A stretch of DNA of 61,992 nucleotides, counting the filler, from Hausera hauseri (lineage: Eukaryota): assembly GCA_046269625.1 (NCBI GenBank). It is 10 parts of 10 records of this genome, joined end to end, with 100 filler letters (N's around TTAATTAATTAA, not from the genome) between each part and the next. Parts side by side here need not be neighbours in the genome. Positions count along the whole stretch, not along the records: positions 25,142 to 29,984 come from JBJURY010416811.1; positions 30,085 to 36,395 come from JBJURY010114543.1; 8 more parts are not named here. One strand, 5' to 3'. The notes beneath the pieces were generated by a model. The model was given only the letters and a program-made list of their open reading frames with translations. It had not been told where the DNA came from and did not search any database. Of the stretch, positions 25,142 to 36,495 are shown in pieces; position 1 is the stretch's first letter; every line of letters begins with the position of its first letter. Made by a program: the position numbers and the translations under genes.

Positions 25142-28100
25142 GTCATAGCAGCCATATGGAGTATCACAGAGCAAGAAGAGTCATTACTACGAAAACAACG
25201 AAGTGACGAACAAATCAAACAAATTAAAGAATATTTAAAAAGGAAAACAATACCAAGTGATGTTAATCTTTATACCCATTTAAAACAGTTTGCTGAAAAC
25301 TATGAAACAAAGAATGATATATTGTATTATAATCACAAAGGAAAACTAGCTATAGTTGTTCCTCAAGAAGATATAAAGTTGCTGCTGACACAGTACCATG
25401 ATGGTATGATGGGAGGACACCAATCAATAAAAAGGACCTTAGGAAGATTGAAGAGAAAATATTATTGGTACACCATAACTAAGGATGTCCAAGATTGGTG
25501 TAAGAGTTGCCCAGTCTGTGCCACTAGAAAGAATACCGGTTCAAAAATTAGAGTCCCTCTCAAGCCAATAGAATGTCCACCGGCTCCTATGGAATTTTCA
25601 GCAATGGACATCCTGGGTCCATTGCCTCTAACGATTAATGGAAACAAATACATGTTGGTGTTTGTTGATCTATTTTCTAGATGGCCAGTTGTAATACCAA
25701 TACCAGATCAAAAGGCTCAAACTATTGCTCAAGCCTTCGTCGAAGAAATTGTTTTTAACTATGGTGCACCAACTAAATTACTAACGGATCAGGCACCCAA
25801 TTTCACAGGAGAAGTTATGGCAGAAATATCGAAAATATTTCAAATATTACAACTAAAAACTACTCCGTATCATCCTCAAACGAATGGAACAGTGGAAAGA
25901 TTCAACGGTATCTTAACTAACATGTTGGCCACTATGGTCAATGAACGACAAGATGATTGGGACGAATATATCAAGCCATGTTTATTTGCCATTAGAAATA
26001 CAATCCATCCGGCAACGAAAGAAACTCCCTTCTATTTGATGTATCTCAGAGATACTCACATGCCAATCGATTTAGACTTTAAAATGCCTGTCTCCCATTT
26101 GAAGAACGTGACGTATAAAGAGTTATTAGAAGAAAAATTAGGGTATGTATGGAGTTTGGCCTCACGTCATACGAAAATGTGTCAAAAAGAATATAAAAAC
26201 CGTTACGATGAAAAGGCTAAACCACATGACCTTAAACCTGGAGACAAAGTTATGCTACACACGCCATTAAGTAAGAAAGGCAGAACACCAAAGTTAGATA
26301 GACCATATAAAGGTCCCTATATGGTCCAGAAAGTAGATGAAACTAACATCTACTTAAACAAAAACAAAAGAAATAAAATGAATCCAATAAAAGTCCATGT
26401 GAACAGATGCAAGCCGGCACCAATAGAATCAAAAATAAGAAATGAGAGTTTTAGCCCATCGCTAATGGCAACACTGATGATGCTAATTTTAGTAACCAAT
26501 GTATCAGCCCAGTCCTTGGATGTGAATTATAAGGCCGTACAGGTTGGAAAATACCCTTGTATAAAAATTACGGCTAATCGAAACTTAACAATGGATGAAT
26601 ATATACACATATTCATATCGAAATTGCCGATAGTAGAAAAGGCAACACCAGAGAATTGTGATCTATATTATAACCATTCAATACACACCTGCTGTGGACT
26701 TTCATTCGGAGAAACGTACAGGATTCAATACGCAACGGGGAAAAGCGACCAGAGTTACAGAACATATTTCTCATACCCTGGTACCACACATTATTTTCAC
26801 CGACCATACTTTCTTATTTCATTCTATGCTAAGGTCATGAAGAATGGACCTTGCGTAACGGCAGAACCAGATGTCATAATTACAAGGTATACAAAGTTCA
26901 AGTATATAATATTTGACGGAACTAACAGTATAGACTGTGAACCGAATTATCAAGATCCATATAAATGTTGCCCTATCGTTTTTAACAAACAATATACGAT
27001 ATACTACTGGACCACGTATAACGGTTATACATGGTCAAAAACAGCAGATGGTCCAGAGATAACTGTAAGATCTCCGGTAAAGGTAACCCCTATTTCGACA
27101 ACCAAAACAATTGCCTCAGTAACAAAACCAAGTATACCAACTATATTACAAAAAGTAGTAACTACACCAATAATAGAACCTAAGAAGGATATTAAAGAGT
27201 TGGATATAATTATCCAACCAACAAGTCACTCATTAATTATTACAGTGCTCAACCTGAAGAATACAAACATAAAATTCGAGTGCAACCTCAACCACAGAGT
27301 GATTAGCGAAGGAGTTTTAACTCCCGAAGAACCAACATCTGTATGTATGTTCTTAAAATCTGACACAAATTATAAAGTCGTCATAACAGAATTAGATGAC
27401 GAAGGAGAAAAATTACGAACAGTTTCTCGGACCGAAAAGACCTTAAAACTAATAACAACTACCTCAAAAGCTATGCAAAAAGTAATTACACAAAAACTGG
27501 AACAAAATTCGAACAAAAATCTTTGGATAATTAGTACGTTATGCGTCCTCCTAATATTACTAGCCATATTGTTACCTTTAGTAATTTATTGTTCGAAAAT
27601 AAGACAACGACAGCATAGGATAAGGGAAATGTTAGATCAATTAAAAATTTTAAGGGAAGATTCCCAGGTATCGTCACAAGACGTAAGTGCGCCTTTCCTA
27701 GAAAACCAACGACAAGTTGAAAGACTTATCGACCAAGAGCGGCAGATCCAACCGTTGAAAGACACAACCATATGTCTTTGCATAAAAATCCATGACCAGG
27801 CCGCAAAATTCCTAGCGACCTATATTAAAAAACGACAATCGAAATATGATAAAATCCTTTTTTGTAAAACCGCTTGGCTAATATTAATATTTTTATTTTT
27901 AGTCCAAGAAGGTGCAGAACGAACTGAAAGACCCAACTCCTTCTATAACCATATTTTATCCAATTTATGGGCCACCTCCAATAAAGATTATTGCTATTAT
28001 GGAAGAGCCGTTTTTATTCCCAACAATCTCAAGGGCTATTCAGTCCAGCAAAGAAGTAGCCTTATAATCAAGGTCCGACAAAGTTCGACTAATCTCTCTG

Positions 28101-29281
28101 ATCTCATCGATACCTCCGGACACACCTATGCCATATATATCTCTGTGGCTAAAGGAACCATCCAGCTCAAAAGCAAGTCCCACTCCAATGGAATCACAGA
28201 TGTAATGGAAGTTTTAACCCGCGTAACAATCCGTCTGGACCCTCGATTGTACGCAAATGCCACGATTACCATACGGACATGCCGAGAAGTGTTCCCAATA
28301 ATCTTTTTAGAAGTCATAAAGAAGGACTTAATCCCACGCTTAGATTACGAAATTCCCAAATACTCTACTCCCAAACCAAAAGAACTTGATGTAGAACAAG
28401 GACTGTCATTCGCAAGAAGACTAATAACATCAAAAGAGGAAATGTTAATAATGGCCGTAAATCCAATATATCTATTCACCCCTATCAGGAATACCGAAAT
28501 GACTACGGTGGAAGTAACCCTAATGGACTTAAATGGAAAAGTTATTTTGGATGAGATTCTATGTCCTAGAGAAAAGATCGATAATTACAACAGCCATGTA
28601 ACCGGACTAAAAGAAGATAATATTATTGGGAAAAAGGACTCGTATCATGAAGAACCTTTCATCAGGAAAATAATCATCGGGAAAATAATCATAGGCATTG
28701 ATGTTTACCACATCTTTGCTTCTATTTTTAGATATGACTACAACAATTTATTGGGGATTAGAGAATTGTTGTACCACGATAATGTTAATCCCCAACGCAT
28801 ATTCTCAGCCAAACAGATCTTCACCCAGTACAATAATAACATATACCCTCAAAGAACAAAAGAGAAAGCAATTACAATATTAAAGATTTACAACTCCATT
28901 CCAGAGTATCAAAATGAACAATTTCAAACTCCAATGGATGTGCAAGAATCTACAGACACTTCATCAATTGCCACCTGTTCAACATCTACCCAATCCGCCA
29001 ATAATCAAATATCAATTTCTTCAAGAGACAGTCATATTAATTTGAATCCATTAACAATAGCAAGTTCCTCAGAATCGATTGTCGTTGACCTAACCAAAGC
29101 CTCAAAGAAGAAAAAGAAAATTCCAAAAACCGAAACAATAACCCTAAAGAAACAGATTAAAAAAAGAGGACGACTACTCCATATCAAGTCTGTTGACTAT
29201 CAGGACTCTAATGGTGTTATTGAAGCTTACCCTCTGATGCTGTGGACAGCATCGTCTAAGGAGGGAGAAGATGTGCAGTAG
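25142..29281 (+). CDS. Gypsy pol 3' end, 5'-partial: integrase fused in frame to signal peptide, three FN3-like domains, TM, domain X and REX4-like pseudo-exonuclease
   Basis: Open from contig start. HDGMMGGH...CPVC; AMDILGPLP; LTDQA; YHPQTNGTVERFN; YKGPY; MATLMMLILVTNVSA|QS; LWIISTLCVLLILLAILLPLVIYC; VEVTLMDLNGKVILDEILCPREKIDNYNSHVTGL. Confidence 0.9.
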   Translation, partial: VIAAIWSITEQEESLLRKQRSDEQIKQIKEYLKRKTIPSDVNLYTHLKQFAENYETKNDILYYNHKGKLAIVVPQEDIKLLLTQYHDGMMGGHQSIKRTLGRLKRKYYWYTITKDVQDWCKSCPVCATRKNTGSKIRVPLKPIECPPAPMEFSAMDILGPLPLTINGNKYMLVFVDLFSRWPVVIPIPDQKAQTIAQAFVEEIVFNYGAPTKLLTDQAPNFTGEVMAEISKIFQILQLKTTPYHPQTNGTVERFNGILTNMLATMVNERQDDWDEYIKPCLFAIRNTIHPATKETPFYLMYLRDTHMPIDLDFKMPVSHLKNVTYKELLEEKLGYVWSLASRHTKMCQKEYKNRYDEKAKPHDLKPGDKVMLHTPLSKKGRTPKLDRPYKGPYMVQKVDETNIYLNKNKRNKMNPIKVHVNRCKPAPIESKIRNESFSPSLMATLMMLILVTNVSAQSLDVNYKAVQVGKYPCIKITANRNLTMDEYIHIFISKLPIVEKATPENCDLYYNHSIHTCCGLSFGETYRIQYATGKSDQSYRTYFSYPGTTHYFHRPYFLISFYAKVMKNGPCVTAEPDVIITRYTKFKYIIFDGTNSIDCEPNYQDPYKCCPIVFNKQYTIYYWTTYNGYTWSKTADGPEITVRSPVKVTPISTTKTIASVTKPSIPTILQKVVTTPIIEPKKDIKELDIIIQPTSHSLIITVLNLKNTNIKFECNLNHRVISEGVLTPEEPTSVCMFLKSDTNYKVVITELDDEGEKLRTVSRTEKTLKLITTTSKAMQKVITQKLEQNSNKNLWIISTLCVLLILLAILLPLVIYCSKIRQRQHRIREMLDQLKILREDSQVSSQDVSAPFLENQRQVERLIDQERQIQPLKDTTICLCIKIHDQAAKFLATYIKKRQSKYDKILFCKTAWLILIFLFLVQEGAERTERPNSFYNHILSNLWATSNKDYCYYGRAVFIPNNLKGYSVQQRSSLIIKVRQSSTNLSDLIDTSGHTYAIYISVAKGTIQLKSKSHSNGITDVMEVLTRVTIRLDPRLYANATITIRTCREVFPIIFLEVIKKDLIPRLDYEIPKYSTPKPKELDVEQGLSFARRLITSKEEMLIMAVNPIYLFTPIRNTEMTTVEVTLMDLNGKVILDEILCPREKIDNYNSHVTGLKEDNIIGKKDSYHEEPFIRKIIIGKIIIGIDVYHIFASIFRYDYNNLLGIRELLYHDNVNPQRIFSAKQIFTQYNNNIYPQRTKEKAITILKIYNSIPEYQNEQFQTPMDVQESTDTSSIATCSTSTQSANNQISISSRDSHINLNPLTIASSSESIVVDLTKASKKKKKIPKTETITLKKQIKKRGRLLHIKSVDYQDSNGVIEAYPLMLWTASSKEGEDVQ
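29258..29271 (+). promoter_or_regulatory. Polypurine tract; putative 3' LTR starts at 29272
   Basis: AAGGAGGGAGAAGA|TGTGCAG overlapping the ORF end. An alternative PPT lies at 29808-29817. Confidence 0.65.
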
Positions 29282-30520
29282 TCTAAAATAAACAATTTGA
29301 TTGAAATAACGATCGTTTATTTGACTTTCAGAGTGATTCAAAATAGACTGATTATTTGGCTTTTAAATTGAATAATAAATTATCCATGAACTAAATGTAA
29401 TTTAATTTATTCTTGATCCATGATTAAATTGATTTCTGTTTTCTTTTGGTCTGCAATAATTGGTTTTTATTTATCATATAAATTTCCTGTGGTGGTAGAT
29501 AAGTATATATACTGGTGTCATTTACACAATTTTTATAACTTTTTGACGAGGACAATTCTCATGATGATGAACCATGCTTATGACAATTGTGAGTTTTTAT
29601 TTCATTTGTTTATTGCGTTTTGATTGTCGTTAGATTATCGTATTCATAATTGTGATTAAATATTTTATCTTAATCTTTTTCTTATTTTCATTTATAAATA
29701 ATTAATTAAGAGTATTGTATTGTAATAGGCATAAAATAACACAAATATATAAACCCTTTTGGTATACCTTCCTTTAATACAGGTCGGTTGTTTAATCTAC
29801 GATAAATAAAGGGGGAGTGACGTCGGTGTACCTCCCGACCGAGCTCATACATTAAGGAAAAGTAAATTAAACTTAATCCTTGAATTTCGGCAGACCCACA
29901 GGCTGCCGAATACCTTGATTAATTAAACAGAACTTGGGACAAGGAGAGGGCCCAAGTTAAGTATCGATAGTATAAGTTTAAGGTNNNNNNNNNNNNNNNN
30001 NNNNNNNNNNNNNNNNNNNNNNNNNNNNTTAATTAATTAANNNNNNNNNNNNNNNNNNNNNNNNNNNNNNNNNNNNNNNNNNNNTACTTCAGGAGATAAA
30101 TTGTGAAATTCCTAACAGAAGTACCCACAGGCTGCACTGGAGGTGCTACAGCTAATACTGCTGCCGCTAGTTGTGTTTGCATATCACTACAGAAATTTGC
30201 AAAATTGTTTAAGATGGCAGTAACCTTCTTTAGTCTATGCTATGCTTTAACTAGCCATTAGCTCATTTGTTCAGAGAACTAAAACAGGTAAGATATTATT
30301 TGTTCAAAACCTTTCCAGAGAACCCCACTTTAAAGTACTTTTTAAAGATACATTTTCCAATTTCAAAAAACAACACAAATATTTTAAAAAAGTTAGGTCG
30401 TACTCAGACCAGGAAATTCCTTTGGTCCGCTTGTTTGGTCCGAACAAAAAGTAGGCTTTATATCTATTTTTGTTTTGAATAATTTATAATTCTGAATATT
30501 TTTAAAGTATTTTCATTCAG

Positions 30521-30733
30521 ACAGTTATGTAAAAATAAATGTCTGTACCGATGCTGGCTACCAATTAGCTCGTTTCAATACTAAAAAAGTCTCAAATGAA
30601 ATGCATCCTTCTTTCAATGAAACGTTTTCCGTTGATGTTCCACATTTTCAAATAAATGGGATCACAGTACTCATAGCTCCATATAATAAAGTTAGTTTGA
30701 TAAGCAAGGATATGATCGGATGGATTGCAATGG
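30521..30733 (+). CDS. Internal exon encoding a C2 domain, synaptotagmin-14/16-like
   Basis: ttcag| ... |gtatgt; DSYVKINV...HPSFNETFSVDV...YNK.SL..KDMIGWIAMG resembles SYT14/16 C2B. Confidence 0.75.
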
Positions 30734-31142
30734 GTATGTATGTTTCTTTAATTACCTTTTGTTTAATAAACTTTTCACATGCACCTGTTGTTTCAAATGA
30801 GAATGATTATTTATATGAAATAGATTTCGAATTGTAAATGGGTTGTATAATCAAAAATGGACAAAATGACTGATGCTACAAATGATCAAAACTAATAAAT
30901 CATGGGTACCTAAATACAAAGACCAATGAAACGATTACATATATTTCTATCCTAAAACGTTGTGTTTGCCGAAACATCAATCAAAAATGTTGCAGAATCT
31001 TTTTAATACTTTTTATTTTTCATACAAATATACTGAAGGAAGGAACAATTATAATAATCAATCAATAAACAAAAGGAAACTGAAATTGTTTGAAAATAAA
31101 ATAATGAACATTTTTCAACGAATTGGATGAATATGCATTTAA

Positions 31143-32054
31143 CACATTGACGGACACATGCGTCTATAGTCGTCAAAGCGAAGTTCACTATGTGGCATGA
31201 CGGCAATAGCCGTCCAAAATGAAACGGTCGTTTGTAGACACTGCAGCTATAGCGGCACAAATGTGCATTTATCGGCGTACAAGTGTCATGTTTTGGAAAC
31301 AATTTTTTTAAGTTGAATTTCGTTTTCCACCTGTTACACGACTTTACAGCTTCAGTATGTACGCGGCTGTGAAGGGAGTAGTGCGATGTAGCACTGTGGA
31401 ATTCTTACTACATCTTTAAAGAAAAGACAAGTTCTCAAATGAGGTTTATAGAATACAGGGAAGCAATCATACGATCTCTAACTGGTATAGATTATAAACA
31501 GGATGGAAGGTCTTTGGTTCAATTTAAACGTGCACGAATCCAAACCAATGAAATCAACTACAATGGAACACAGCATTTTCCTGAGAAAATTTCTCCTGAA
31601 AATTACCAGCGAAAAACATATTTTCAGCGTTGTAAACAATGTTATAAACAGGGAATAAGGAAGGAAACATCATATTGCTGCAAGAATTGCATGTCAAAAC
31701 CTGCACTGTGTCCTGCACCATGCTTTGAAACATGGCATACCGATAATAATGTGTAATAATTATAAACTTATAATAAATTTTTTTGTCATTTATTTATTTT
31801 TGTTTGATTATAAACTAACATTTCGTGTAAAACTCCCAAAAGCACTTTGTTGCACACAAAAAATTGCTTATTTGAGTCATTAAACCTGTCATTTACGCTT
31901 TTAAAATTTTGCTGTTATAGCCGCCATCGTCCCGTTACTTAGTGTCTGGAGTCCGCTGGCGCCATGACGATTATAGCGGCAACCTAATTAAAGGTGTTGA
32001 ATTAATCACAATTAATCAATAACTATATACTTGTTCCTACTGTCCGTCAATGTG
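31143..32054 (+). mobile_element. Non-autonomous piggyBac, internally deleted, retaining the transposase C-terminal Cys-rich domain (31439-31756)
   Basis: TTAA on both sides; perfect 14-bp TIR CACATTGACGGACA / TGTCCGTCAATGTG; RCKQC..KETSYCCKNC..PALC.APCFETWH. Confidence 0.92.
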
Positions 32055-34129
32055 TTAACAGAATGTGCTTAACCTTTAATGTCCGAATAAGATATCACAA
32101 TTAATGGACGACCAGGGATTTCATCATTCCTTTTTTGGTTTTTACAATTTCTGCATAATTTTTAATCGAAATCTATAAAATAATGTTGACAAAATATGTC
32201 CAAAAGAATAATCACATTTAGTGAGTTTGTGACCGCGTCTGGGTTCATATCTCGAGGGTTTTCCCTGTGAAGCGCACGAAGAGCACGAATTCGTTTTAAA
32301 ATGTTTAATAGATTTGGCGTTTACATCAATACCAATGGAGACAGAATGTGCAAGATCGGCGAGATTATTGCAATTAGGATTAGTGAAATTGTCGTCTAAC
32401 TAAAATCATTTTTCTACTTTCCCATCATAAACGAAATTCGGTAAATTGAAATTTTCGGTCATACGCAATTGGTTCGTTTTCACTTTGATTTGCAAATTGC
32501 ATAATACGCTACGTTACTTTTATAATGTTCTGCACAAAAACTCATTTTACTTTACAAAATTTTGTGCTGAATACTATGAATATACAATTTTACCAACGAA
32601 ACAAATTCGAGTTTTTAAATCACTCTTATTTCGCACTTTTTCAATTTTCCCTTCCCAATACCCATACGATTTTTGAAGTTTGATAAACCTTTTCCTATTA
32701 TTAGAAAAATTATCAAATTAGAGTATTTTCATGTAGATAGGGGGAAATGAACAAGTGCGAAATTCCATCAAACTTTTTGTCACAGTAAAAATTAGGCACC
32801 TGTTAAGCTGTTTTCTAACATTGCAATTAAACGGAATCTACTGTATCTCTTTACGTGCCTTTCATTCTCTTCAAATTTATATCAATAACTTATTCGATAT
32901 AGTCCGCACAAAGCTATTTTATTCGGTTCACTATATGCAGAAACTTTTTTAACTCCCTGACTCTGAACCATAATAGTACATATGAAAAGTTATACCAAAC
33001 CGAGTTAGTCAAAATGTGACATCTCTTTTCTATTTGTTCTGACTATTTCTCACTAAATTTTATTCGTCGTCATAGTTTTCTACTAATTGCGTGTTGTATC
33101 CGGTTGCAGAATCAACCTAATTTCCATTAGCCTTTATGGTCCGATGATTGAATTATATGTTGACAGTTTATTACTTTCATTAACACATCCTTTATTTTGT
33201 AAACGTTATAAATTCATTTCGCTTTTTTTTGTTAATCGTTTCATGTAATTTGAAAATGTGAAATGTACCGTGATCTTCGCCGTTTACATGATTTCAAACA
33301 AACAATTCAGGATTCTTCAAAATCTTGACTCCTAGTCTAGATCCCCTATTTTATTGATGTGGGGTTCCGTTTCTTAAAAAGTTGAATATATGAATCCAAA
33401 ATATCAATAATATAATTAAAATATTAAAACAACAGAAACATTTTCCCATCATATCTTATCTGGTATTCTCCCACAATATGTGACTCCAAAAATATTTTTA
33501 AACTGTCGCAAGGTATCTATTCGTTTTTTTTACTATTGGGCGATTCTCTGGAAAGTGAAACAAAATTTCTAAAAAATTAAATGTTATATTAACATGTAAA
33601 CTTGTCGTATTATTCAAGTAGGGTGTTCTAGTAATGTAGGACATAATTTAATTTTCATATATTTCTAAAACTGGTAAACCTGTAAACATTTGAAAGTGTA
33701 GAATCTCTTGCGATGTCAAATGTTCAATAATTCTTGTCACATTTGAAATAAATTGAAGTCCCAACAATGATGTCCATACATCATTGTCTATATGTTACTT
33801 TGAACACTACCATCAGGCTTAATTAAAATACCAATACACCATAATGCATTAACATCTTTATTATAAAAAATCGCATAAGTAACTGTGCATCGCTTGGAAA
33901 TGTCCCGTGCGTCACGGATTAGTATTGTCCACTAGTATCATGCCTGAAATTGTTAAATATAAAAATGAACCACAACGAATATAAATCAAGCCTAGTGACA
34001 CGAAGACAGTGCAACAATAACTTTTCCACTAAATGTTTTATATCACTGTTATACAATTTCAAATGTTTGCTCCGTGCATCACCCTAAAAAATGGCAAGCT
34101 CGCAGTTCGTACTGGAAAACAAACTGTCC

Positions 34130-35990
34130 TCCTAATTCAGCCGCATCAGGTGATGATATCTTCTTCATGACATTCTCTGAGTAAAACCACACCTTGAACT
34201 TCTTATGTGGCCACTTCCATGTACTTCCTATTGCCTTCATCATGAGCTTGACTTCATACTCTTAGCAAACGATCTGCGTAATTTCGCCTAGAAACTCATT
34301 CTTGTTATATCGCACTAGAACCAAGTCACCAACCACTTTAGAAGAACTTACAGTATCAGTGAAGCAGGTCTCGTCAACTAGATGCACTGCATTATAGAAC
34401 AAGTGCAATGCTCCGTTTGGTAGTGCCTTCAGTACGTGAAGCTTCTTGATGCCTGAAACAGGCGATGCATTTTCCTACAGCCGGTCATCACGTGGGATGT
34501 CCTGTTCTCCCATGTAGATAACAGTTGTACTAGGCAAGAGCTGATAAGCCAGTACAGTGACCTCTTTTGCAGTCTGTATAGCAGCAGCAGTTTCACCTTT
34601 GCTCTCACTAAAGACTTCACGCATCCTCCAATGCCGTCTACCACACCTTTTCCGTGAGAAGTTGCACTGTACTTCCAGAAGAATGACTTGTTGTAACGCT
34701 TGCTCAGGATCTGAAGGAGAAATGTCATGTATCTGTTTTTGAACGCGGATGATGGTCCATCAGTCCAGATCACCTCGGTCACATTCATCATAGCAAATGA
34801 AATAGTTGTAATTCCTTTTCGTACAGGTGCTGAATAAATGCAGCAACGGTGTTTTTTCCTTGTATTTAGTATTTGAACAGATCAGGTATGTTTTGCACTG
34901 TCCTTTGTGCAAAGCAGCTGTCCACAGCGCACTCTGCACCTCGACCTGATACTCACAACTATAGTTCATGGCGAAGTCCATTTGCAATACGCGATTATCA
35001 CTGTTTACCTTATCTGTGGCAAACCTCTCTGCCTGAATCCTTTTTATATTAATATGCTGCACAATAGAAACAAATGCTTCTTGAAGTTTTGCAATTAATT
35101 CTCCAATACTACTTTGCTTCACTGTGCATGTCACTTTGTTTTCATCTTTGCACCATTCTTTCCACGTTACTTCATGCGCTAACTGATCATCTGCAACCTG
35201 AATTTTCTCACCGTTACTGCATTTTGGACAACATCCTTGCCAGCATGCAGAATTCTTTGTTGTGTCACATAATTTATCATTCCAAAATGCTATGGAGTCG
35301 TATGTTATTTTCATTTCCTTCAATTTTAAGAAGAAATTGTCACACGTCATGCATTTGCATTGATTTGCTGGTGTTTTGTGCAGCAGTTTTACGTTATCAG
35401 GCCTCAATTTGAAAACGTTGGAAATCCTATCTTCATCGTGGAGTTAACGCCTTTGAACAAATTGTAGGCTTCTTTCAGAAACATTATTAGGAAACATTTC
35501 CTAAGTTTCTGCATTTTATCATCTTTCCAGACAGTTACTTCATCGTTTAATCCGCAGCATGTGTAAACAATATCAGGTCGGGTAGAAAATTTCTCAACAG
35601 CCCTCTGCTTAGCCGTTACCTCCACCATTTTACTGGTCACTGGCTTTTCTGTCTGATGTGCAGTAAAGCCAGATTGTGAAGCAAGCTTCTCAAGAACTGC
35701 ACGCTTTTCTCTAGGTGATTTGTATAGATGTGAACTGGCTATTCTCACAGCCTTTCCAAATGACCGAGGAGTTCTGTATGGATGAAGTTCTTCATCAGCT
35801 ACTTGACCAACCCTTGATGAATTGACTTTTGCTACTTTACCACGATACTTTCGTTTTCTTCTCCTCTCCTTTATTTTGAATTTTTCTTTCAACTTTTCAT
35901 CTTTTACCCGTTCTGCTTTGTCCTGTTCTCTCTGCTTCTGCATCCTGCTTTTGTTGGCTTCCTTTATTCTTGCACCTCCGCTTTAAGAAT
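34130..35990 (-). mobile_element. Decayed DNA-transposon transposase, probably Sola-type (subgroup uncertain)
   Basis: CKCMTCDN; MDFAMNY..EVQSALW; IWTDGPSSAFKN; YSATSHGKGVVDGIGG. Confidence 0.6.
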
Positions 35991-36495
35991 TTGCTGATAT
36001 GCACTAATGTGCACTGTCGATTAGCACTTTGTCCCGATCGACTCGATCAAATGTGCAATGTGCAGCTATCGATTTGTGAAATNNNNNNNNNNTCGATAGT
36101 GCTCCATGTGCACTATCGATTGGCACGTTCAAATTGATTTATCGATCCACACACTCCCGTGCTGTAGTGCAGACTTCAAATTTATCCCCTACTACTCTTT
36201 ACTAATTGTTCGCGTCGCAGAGATTTCTCTTTGGGTCTCCTCGAGAATAACCGGTTATTGATTTTGCTCTTGTAACGTAAAACAGCAGGATCGTTGTGAT
36301 CGTCGTTGAAAAACTAGTCGGACAAGTATTGTAGGAATATTACTTGTTATATAATCAAATGCTGCTTGTCATATAATAATATTAATCGACAGGGANNNNN
36401 NNNNNNNNNNNNNNNNNNNNNNNNNNNNNNNNNNNNNNNTTAATTAATTAANNNNNNNNNNNNNNNNNNNNNNNNNNNNNNNNNNNNNNNNNNNN

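Noticed and set aside
17932-29281. The two cargo elements and the satellite as one locus
   Set aside because: They lie on separate contigs joined artificially.
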